Below are positions 20,022-29,163 of a stretch of DNA of 29,163 bases, piece by piece. Both the position numbers and the translations under genes were made by a program. The notes beneath the pieces are model-generated. The model ran no database searches. It was not told the origin of the DNA and saw only the letters and a program-made list of their open reading frames with translations. Within the stretch, counting starts at the first letter, position 1. Each line of letters opens with the position of its first letter. Origin of the DNA: Octopus sinensis. Taxonomy: Eukaryota. The DNA is taken from positions 1 through 29,163 of the forward strand of contig NW_021823668.1 of the NCBI RefSeq assembly GCF_006345805.1, read 5' to 3'.

Positions 20022-20403
20022 GTGGAGGCGCAATGGCCCAGTGGTTAGGGCAGCGGACACGCTGTCGTAGAATCGCGTTTTCGATTTCCAGACCGGGCAT
20101 TGTTTGTGTTTATTGAGCGAAAACACTTAAAGCTCTACGAGACTCCTGCAGGTGGTGGTGGCGAACCCTGCTCTACTCTTTCACCAAAACTTTCTCTCAT
20201 ACTTCCTTACTGTTTCTTTTATACATGTATTTGAAAGGGCCATCTTTGTCACACTCTGTGTCACGCTGAATCTCGCTGAGAACTACGTTAATGGTACACA
20301 TGTCTGTGGAGTGCTCAGCCACTTGCACATTAATTTTACGCGCAGGCTATTCCATTGATCGGATCGACTGGAACACTCGTCGTCGTAACCGACGGAGTGC
20401 CAC
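20022..20403 (+). mobile_element. SINE family C, full length, more diverged
   Basis: Colinear with the reverse complement of 17915-18299. Confidence 0.92.
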
Positions 20404-21169
20404 GATAGAAGTAACACACAAAAGTGAATGATACTAATAATACCAACGAACAGCATCAGTCTTCTTGTCTGTCCACATGTTTCATCGAAATAGATGAGAG
20501 TACTGGCTATACAATTCCTTCTGCATAAAAAATTAATTTCACTTCATTACAACACAGTTCTGATCTTAATTTTTCTATCGAATGTTTTGAAAATCCGGAT
20601 GTAATCACAAGCTATTCTGGCTTCATGTTGTATAGAAAGGAATTAGCTCTGCAAAAATTAATCCTAATCCAGATTAAGCAACGGAAAGTAGATGTATTGA
20701 TGTGGACAGTCTCTGTACAAGGAGAAAACACAGAGGTAAAAGTTTAGTGTTACATTGGTTTTATATCACAAACTTGCTCTATATAATAAAAGCAACTAAA
20801 CTAGGAACATCAATCAAGATCGCCAACGTGAAAAAGAATTATATTAAAGTCGGAAGAAACTTTATACAAAATATTCAGTTTCTGGAGTTGTTTCATGCTA
20901 ACCCACAACTGCCGGACTAAGCTACAGGAACAAGGAACTGGAAAGAAAACCTTCTACATTCCAATGAAAGGTTAAGCATGGGTATATATCACAGAGACGT
21001 GAGATTGATGTGGGTATCGACAGGAAGTAATAACCTCTTTTGGACTTGTGACCATTACAGCATGTCAGATTTTTGCTATGCTTTCACAGTTCTGAAAATG
21101 AGTACAAACGGTAAAGCACTTATCACAAAGATGCAAAAGAAACTGTCGATTTATGTCACGGTTGATTAG

Positions 21170-21477
21170 CATCTCACACACATACACACAAACACACACA
21201 CATACACACACACACACGCACGCACAAAGGCACACACACACTCAATTGCACACGGACGCACGCATATAAATATAACTATGTATATACATGTCCATATATA
21301 TATATATATATATACATATATATATACATTATGTATGTAGTGTGTATATATATAATATATATATATATACATATATACATGTACACACATGTGCATATAT
21401 ATATGTATGTATATACATATATATATTTGTATATATATATATATTGTGTATATATATATATCTAGGTACATAGACAT

Positions 21478-21535
<58 letters not shown>

Positions 21536-21650
21536 GGATAGATAGATAGATTGATAGATAGAAAGATATGTATATGCACACATGCATACATACAAAAACA
21601 CACTCAGTAACACACACACATATGAAAATACATGAAATGTGTGTATGTAT
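21170..21650. repeat. (CA)n/(TA)n block with (TAGA)n tetranucleotide array at about 21477-21562
   Basis: Direct reading. Confidence 0.93.
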
Positions 21651-21918
21651 GTGTATAGCTAAAGGAAATGAGCCTACCAAGCTACCTTTCATCGTCGAGA
21701 AAAGTTTTTGGAGAAGTCATATCTGTTATAAGCACCACCCTTTATTTCAAGAACTTTTCCAATAAGGTCCTCAAAACTCTCGCATTCGTATTCCCAATTG
21801 TTGAGATGTGATAAGCAGGGATTTTGCCAAGTTGGAAGATTACTCAGATAAGGCTAAACTTAAGTAAGATAAGAGTGACGCAGCTGTGGGTATGAATATC
21901 GTAGAAGTGAAGTAGCAC

Positions 21919-22240
21919 ACGACCGCGTGTCCGCTGCCCTAACCACTGGGCCATTGCGCCTCCACATTACCCCTATAATCTGTGCCGAATTTTAGTGTGA
22001 TGAACATGGGAAAAAACACAGCACCACTTAGTTCTAAGGTATTTTAATGACTCTGTCACTCATGTTTCAATTTTTTATTTACAGTTAGGGGTATATTCGA
22101 AAGTTAAGAAATCAGGGCAGAAAATTTTCTTTTCTACTCTAGGCACAAAGCCCGCAATTTTGGAAAAGGAGGCCAGTCAATTATATCGACCCCAGCGCGT
22201 AACTGGTACTTATTTAATCGGCCCCGAAAGGATAAAATGC
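21919..22240 (-). repeat. Inverted duplicate of the 19.3-20.07 kb region (SINE A tail, unique spacer, SINE C head)
   Basis: Reverse complement matches 19555-19706 joined to 19949-20068, including non-SINE spacer sequence. Confidence 0.88.
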
Positions 22241-22477
22241 TACAAATTAATAAATTGGATTTGCATCTCATAGTGCTGCTCGTATTAACTAATTGACGGA
22301 TATGGTTATGCTTCAATTAATATCAATATTATTATTACGCTGATAACGGGAGTGAAAACTTTGCGAATTTGATTTGATAATGCTGTATGCATGAAACATT
22401 TCTTTTTTAAGAGATGGTGAAATAATGGAATGATATTATGTATTTATGGCAGAAACTATAGCACGCCGGGTGGAAAA

Positions 22478-22867
22478 GGCGGCGAGCTGGCAGAAACGTT
22501 AGCACGCCGGGCGAAATGTGTAGCCGTATTCCGTCTGCCGTTACGTTCTGAGCTCAAATTCCGCCGAGGTCGACTTTGCCTTTCATCCTTTCGGGATCGA
22601 TAAATTAAGTACCAGTTACGCACTGTAGTCGATGTAATCGACTTAATCCGTTTGTCGGTCCTTGTTTGTCCTCTCTATGTTTAGCCACTTGTGGGTAATA
22701 AAGAAATGGGTATTTCGTCTGCCATTACGTTCTGATTTCAAATTCCGTCGAGCTCGACTTTACCTTTCATCTTTTCGGGGAGCGGGAGTCGATAAATTAA
22801 GTACCAGTTGCGTCGGTCTAATTGACTGGTCCCTTCCCCCAAAATTTCGGCCTTGTGTGCAAAGTAG
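22478..22867 (+). mobile_element. SINE family A dimer with short tail
   Basis: ggcggcgagctggcagaaacgttagc head, two units, ccccaaaatttcggccttgtgtgc tail. Confidence 0.92.
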
Positions 22868-23152
22868 GATGAAAGCCAAAGTCGACCTCGGCGGAATTTG
22901 AACTCAGAACGTAGCGGCAGACGAAATACCTATTTCTTTACTACCCACAGGAGGATAAACACAGAGAGGACAAACAAGGACCGACAAACGGATTAAGTCG
23001 ATTATATCGACCCCAGTGCATAACTGGTACTTATTTAATCGACACCGAAAGGATGAAAGGCAAAGTCGACCTCGGCGGAATTTGAACTCAGAACGTAGTA
23101 GCAGACGAAAAACCGCTAAGCATTTCGCATGGCCTGCTAATGGTTCGGCCAG
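22868..23152 (-). mobile_element. SINE family A (head, unit, start of second unit), tail-to-tail with the previous copy
   Basis: Reverse complement of the A head at about 23100-23152 and of the units; abuts the plus-strand copy directly. Confidence 0.9.
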
Positions 23153-23226
23153 CTAGCCTTCTTAACAACAACAAAAACAACAACAACAACAACAGCAACA
23201 ATAATAATAATAATATAATAATTTAT

Positions 23227-23419
23227 GGCGCAGGAGTGGCTGTGTGGTAAGTAGCTTGGTAACCAACCACATAGTTCCGGGTTCAGTCCCACTGAGTGGC
23301 ATCTTGGGCAAGTGTGTTCTGCTATAGCCCCGCCGACCAATGTCTTGTGAGTGGATTTGTTAGACGGAAACTGAAAGAAGCCATTGTATATATGTATATT
23401 ATATATATATAATATATAT

Positions 23420-23456
<37 letters not shown>

Positions 23457-23651
23457 TTGTCCCCCTAGCATTGCTTGGCAACCGATGCTGGTGTGTTTAC
23501 GTCCCCGTCACTCAGCGGTTCGGCAAAAGAGACCGATAGAATAAGTACTGGGCTTACAAAGAATAAGTCCCGGGGTCGATTTGCTCGACTAAAGGCGGTG
23601 CTCCAGCATGGCCGCAGTCAAATGACTGAAACAAGTAAAAGAGTAAAAGAG
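23227..23651 (+). mobile_element. SINE family B, full length
   Basis: Colinear with 2800-3210; preceded by (AAC)n(AAT)n at about 23163-23221. Confidence 0.92.
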
Positions 23652-23769
23652 TGTGTTTGTTTATACTATTTTACTAATATCTAATGTCATTTGTGTGACG
23701 CCTTATTTTGAAGTTGACATTCCAGCTTACTTTAAAGATATATGAATATGAATTCGAACTGCGGTGTAT

Positions 23770-23870
23770 TGGCCTGAGTGGTAATCATATAGAGATCCTT
23801 GGTCTTCTTTCCTCTGAGTTCATTTCCTGCGGTAGGTGAACTTATTTTCAGTTAAGTATTAGGGATCAAT
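23770..23870 (+). mobile_element. Possible very old SINE relic
   Basis: ggcctgagtggt A-box-like motif and ctgagttcatttcctgcggtaggtgaactt, weakly similar to the family A unit. Confidence 0.3.
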
Positions 23871-24357
23871 TATTTTAAAACATTACCCGCTTTTCTCTAT
23901 AGTTGGAAATGTATAAATAAATAATATCTCTTTATAGTTGGTGATATCTCTTGAAAAAAGATATATGCAGAATTAATGAGTGTCTTTTATAGGAAAAGAT
24001 TATAATTTCAGTCCTATTAAATTAAAAGCCATTTTTATCATTCCTATAAATTTTAACAATCTCTTATTAACTACAGCAAATTCGCATTCACTATTACTTA
24101 TTATAACGACTAATTCGATCAGATATCTTGTCGTTGAAGGAAAGATATCTTAAATAAAGAATTAGCGCTGTTCTTATTCATTGCTGAAGTCTTATTTTAA
24201 AATATTTTTCCTTTAAAATATGTAACCTTTCTACTATCCAACACTAGTGATCTTATTTTCTGCTGGAGAAAGAATTTTAGAAAATATGTGAATGTCATAT
24301 TATACGTTTAAAAAATCAGTAGAACGGCTCTTTGTATTATCTATATATAAATATAAG

Positions 24358-24370
24358 CACACACTCTCGC

Positions 24371-24416
<46 letters not shown>

Positions 24417-24498
24417 CCTCTTTCCTTTCTCTCTTTCTTTCTCTTTCTCTCTCTCTCCCTCTCTTTCTTTCTCACAAACACACACAAACACGCACACA
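24358..24498. repeat. (CT)n-rich polypyrimidine tract plus (CA)n
   Basis: Direct reading. Confidence 0.92.
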
Positions 24499-25575
24499 CG
24501 GAAGTTAGCCAGTATGACTGAAAGATTTGGATTTAGTTTGTGACAAGATATAAGCAACCATATGAGGACGTAGATCTTTATAGAACATCAGCTTCAAGAA
24601 TGAATGCAATGTATAATCACTAGTGGAAACCTGGTAATAGAATTAAGAACCTGAAAACATTTCGAGTCCTGATGAGGTTTAGAATCAAGGGTAGTTAAAT
24701 AATAAGACATTAATATTAACACACAAAGAATGTGGTCAAATGTTCCGATTAGGAAATACAAAGAGTGAACCACCAATAGAATAAAGAAAAAAGACTCGTT
24801 GTGATCCAATAAATTGGAAGAACTAAAGCGTATGTATCAAGCTCTAAGATAAAATAGAATAATATCAGCCAACGTTTGGGAAACATGGCTGTATAGGTTC
24901 ATCGAATAGGTTGCATGTAGAGAAAACATGTTTACTGTCCATATCATGGAGAAGCACAATATTTGCGGTTTGCAAATGAGATTAAATATCTAGTGTCATA
25001 GCCAGCTAATGTCTTTAAAAAATCCACAACAAAGTAATATGGTTCGCTAATTAGATTAGGAAACTCTAGAACATATTCCAGAGGCTGAACGACTTCGGAC
25101 AACTAAATTACCGTAAGAGAAATACTATTAGCGATGCTAGAGATAATTCGATGCTGGCTGTAAAAAAACATAGATATTAGCACTAATTTTCCTGTTAGCA
25201 ACGCGAAGCACCATTTTCGTTGTTCTATTTCTCTTTGATATGTCATGCTTCATACAAATACGAAGACATGTTTACTGTCTTGCCAAGTATCTAACAAGGA
25301 AAAAGCAGATGTGAACGTTTCATATAAGCTTGTGGTAATCTATGCCAAAATAACTTTTCTTGTATTTGCTGTAAAAATCTCTTTCCGTGAGTTTACTCCG
25401 GTAATTGCTGGGGATTACCATCAACGCCTGGGTCTATTTTATTACTCAAAATTTCTGATTACATAAAACAAAATTAAAAATACTGCGAGAAAAGCCAATA
25501 TCATTAAACGGAGAAGCATTATTAGGGGTAGACTCATTGCTTTCCTCCGTTGAAACGTTATCTTCTCTGTCCTTG

Positions 25576-26075
25576 TCTTCTTCCTCTTCTTCTTCCAATG
25601 AGGACTCGCGCCATTAGCCACAAAGAATAATCTCTTATTCGAGCCTACTCTAAGCTACTAAGAATGCGTGTGGCAACTTGAAGATCCACCCACCACACGC
25701 GATAGACTGGCGGTTGCACGGGTGCGAAAGCTACGTTGTTATCCTCATTCCATAAACTGTGGCTTTTAACGGGTGGAGAGCTGAACCATCCTGGAGTACA
25801 GAGGATTGGCAATCTAGACTAGGGTCTGAAAGTTTACCACACCATAGTGGGTTACCCCATGGTTCCTCTGCGTTGTGGTAGAAGTAGGAAGAAAGAGAGA
25901 GAGAAAGTTGTAGTGAAATAGTACAGCGAGGTTCACCACCATTCCCCGCCGGAGCCTCGTGGAGCTTAGGATTTTTTTGCTCAATAAACACTCACAATGC
26001 TCGGTCTGGGAATCGAAACCGCGTTCTTATGACTGCGAGTCTGCTGCCCTTACCACTGGGCCATTGCGCCTCCAC
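25576..26075 (-). mobile_element. SINE family C head with a third, unrelated ~300-bp tail ending in (GAA)n
   Basis: About 25890-26075 matches the C head and body. The sequence beyond is unrelated to the other C tails and ends gtggctaatggcgcgagtcctcattggaagaagaagaggaagaag. The tail boundary is inferred from the GAA repeat. Confidence 0.65.
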
Positions 26076-26139
26076 TCTGCTGTTGTTGCAAGTGCATTTG
26101 CTCAACCACTCCTCAGTTCAGATAGAGTAGACTGATTTA

Positions 26140-26552
26140 AGGCGGCGCGATGGCAGAATCGTTAGCACGCCGGGCGAAATGCTTATCGGTATTTCGTGTG
26201 CCGCTACGTTCTGAGTTCAAATTCCACCGAGGTCGACTTTGGTTTTCATCCTTTCGGGGTCGATAAATTAAGTACCAGTTACGCACTGGGGGTCGATGTA
26301 ATCGACTTAATTCCTTTGTTTGTCTTTGTCCCCTCTATGTTTAGCCCCTTGTGGGTAATAAAGAAACAGGTATTTCGTCTGTCTTTACGTTGTGAGTTCA
26401 AATTCCGCCGAGATCGACTTTGCCTTTCATCCCTTCGGGGTCGATAAATTAAGTACCAGTTACGCACTAGGGTCGATAAAATCGATTTAATCCGTTTGTC
26501 TGTCCATGTTTGTCCTCTCTGTGTTTAGCCCCTTGTGGGTAGTAAAGAAATA
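26140..26552 (+). mobile_element. SINE family A dimer with perfect 16-bp TSD
   Basis: AGAGTAGACTGATTTA at 26124-26139 and 26553-26568; unit period 181 bp (26188 and 26369). Confidence 0.96.
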
Positions 26553-27244
26553 AGAGTAGACTGATTTACGATTAAAACCTTCCAAAAATGAGAGACCATC
26601 CTGATTTAATTAGTACGTTGCATACTTCTCATTTCTCAGTAAACTGTACAATATGACAATCAGTTGCTTAAACAACATAGGATGTAATTTAGAGGTAAAT
26701 TTAGTATTATTACGAAAAAGCTGAACTACATTTAGGTCACAACGCTTCTTAAAAACTCATGAACAGCAGAAAGCGGCTGTTACAGTGCCCTAAAATAACT
26801 GTCAATATTCCATACGGGGGGAAAAAAATTCCTACTCAGATGTGAGGACTGCTAGGAAAGAAATTGATAATTGAATATATTTCATCAAATACCAAACCTT
26901 TTCTTACAAACATTCAAGAAATCCTGAATTTTTTCCCTATTTTTTTTTTTTTTTTTCCATTTTTGCATTTAATAAATGATTTATTGGAATAAATTATTCC
27001 TAATACGTATATGGAGGCATAGAAAAAAATATCAACGAGATAAGTGTGAACTCTTCCAGAATTTCAAACAGCGCCAGCTAGTGATGATATAAGAAGTATG
27101 TTTATAATTCATTTTGCTACATCTGCTGCCGATGAGTTTCAATCTTCTTGATTAACTTGGTCGAGCACTGCTAAAACTTAATTTAATATTATATATATTA
27201 AAATCCACAGCTTCCATCTTATTCACAATAGGTGGAAGAGCGTG

Positions 27245-27354
27245 AGGACCGATATATATATATATATATATATATGTGTGTTAATATATATAATACATAC
27301 ATATTATATATATATATATATATTTACATATATATGTATATATATATATATATC

Positions 27355-27385
<31 letters not shown>

Positions 27386-27612
27386 GTATATAAATATATA
27401 GATATATATACCGCACACATATACATATATATATACACATATATGTACAAACATATATGTATGTTATATATATAATATATGTGTGTAATATATATTACAT
27501 ATATATATATATATATTTAATATATATTATATATTCTATATATATATATATATTTGATATATATATTATATGTGTGTGTATATATATATGTATATATATG
27601 TATATTATAATG

Positions 27613-27667
<55 letters not shown>

Positions 27668-27914
27668 TATATATATGTATATATATATATTGGTGATTGC
27701 TTGTGTGTTGTTCGATGGGAAGGTGTGCATAAAGATACGGCGTAGCATAAGCATTGTATTATGAACTGATGCAAGGTAATCAAAAAGATGTCAGTGCTTT
27801 GGAGTATTTTGTGTGTGTTTTAGAGCTCCACTTATTCACACACATACATACAAATATATATACATACCTGCGCACACACACTCACATACACACTCGCACA
27901 CCTACACAAACACA

Positions 27915-27964
<50 letters not shown>

Positions 27965-28116
27965 AGTGCATGAGTGTATATGCCGTTGAATGAGATTTTC
28001 TGAGCACGGCTTAATGCGAAAAACTATGGATATATTATGAGAGTGTGCGGGCTCATCATTAATTTAAAAGCACTGATATTTGTATATTCAATGTGCAAGT
28101 GTGTTGCTTGTGCGTG

Positions 28117-28168
<52 letters not shown>

Positions 28169-28728
28169 CGTGGTTTTTAAATATGCACGTCTATGCATTT
28201 GTCTGTGTTTGTGTCTCTGTTTGTGTCTGTGTGAATGTATCAAAGTCTAAGAGCGTCAACTTTTGATTGTGCTGGTATATGCTTGCATGTGCATTTATGT
28301 GCACGTAGGTACAGTAATGTTTAAATAAGTAATGGCTGTGGTAAACACAATGATATAAGGCAACAGTGGACTGCATCATCAATGTAATGGTGTGCATGAG
28401 TTTTTTATGAGAGTATATATATATATATACCTAAAAATAACCTAATTCAAACATATACACACATTTATTTATCTACATATATCTATATTGTGTGCGTGGT
28501 GTGGTGTTTGTGTGTTATGTCTTATAATATATATATATATATATCATATATATCTATAGATATCTATATATATATATATATATATATATATGCGTATATA
28601 TATATATCAGATACATACTTATATTATAATATATATAACTAGACGGAAGTAGATACAGAATTAGATATGTACATATATATATGTACATATATACATATAT
28701 ATACATAGATATATATATTATATATATA

Positions 28729-28761
<33 letters not shown>

Positions 28762-28930
28762 CTATACTATATATATATATATGTATATATGTACATGTGT
28801 ACATATAGTTTATAAGTAGTATATATATATATATATTATATATATATATATATATGATATATATATATATATATAGTTGCCTGTATATAGTTGCATGTAT
28901 GTGTTTGAATGCGTATGTGTTCACACATAC
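27245..28930. repeat. (TA)n/(CA)n/(TG)n microsatellite field with short unique gaps
   Basis: Blocks at about 27245-27690, 27835-28165 and 28400-28930. Confidence 0.88.
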
Positions 28931-29163
28931 ATTATCACTTCTTAGATCAAACGAATTTGGAGACCATCATTTTCCTTTAATTATGCGAAAATCCACACCT
29001 TTACCAAGATATAAAATAATTGCTTCTTTGGAAATAAATAGCTTTATAATAATGCATTTTATACATTCCGCTCTATATACATCGTGTGACTGCCATTTAA
29101 TATCAAAGACTGCAGTGTTCGCAACAAGGAATGAAGACTTCTCTGCAACTTTGCACAGTGTAT

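Noticed and set aside
20529-20748. Stop-free plus frame of about 73 codons (..ECFENPDVITSYSGFMLYRKELALQK..) with a possible GAG/GTAAAA donor
   Set aside because: Length is within chance expectation, the acceptor is weak and there is no recognisable motif; it would need TBLASTN or RNA-seq support.
24668-24690. CTGATGA hammerhead-like heptamer
   Set aside because: No stem II/GAAA follows; chance occurrence.

Overview
Repeat-dominated, AT-rich eukaryotic non-coding DNA. The SINE repertoire and the roughly one quarter (estimated by eye) of (TA)n/(CA)n/(AAT)n/(TAGA)n microsatellite suggest an octopod cephalopod; this is inference, not database-checked. No intact protein-coding gene can be supported. 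Almost all ORF-track entries are microsatellite or SINE read-throughs. The window contains about 20 tRNA-derived SINE copies in four families (my labels A-D), decayed LINE fragments (RTE, CR1/L2-type RT, and two R4/Dong-like restriction-endonuclease-clade pieces), Penelope-like terminal fragments with hammerhead-like cores, a Helitron/MITE-like element with a perfect 41-bp inverted repeat, and one complete initiator-Met-type tRNA with a CAC anticodon. The most interesting observations: (1) this tRNA plus a downstream SINE dimer are bracketed by a 13-bp direct repeat, as if a pre-tRNA read-through transcript had been retroposed as one unit; (2) atypical hammerhead-like motifs in the Penelope-like repeats; (3) one SINE head joined to three different tails; (4) a local inverted duplication whose history can be reconstructed; (5) an ETS/YY1-type promoter or microexon candidate near 16.9 kb.
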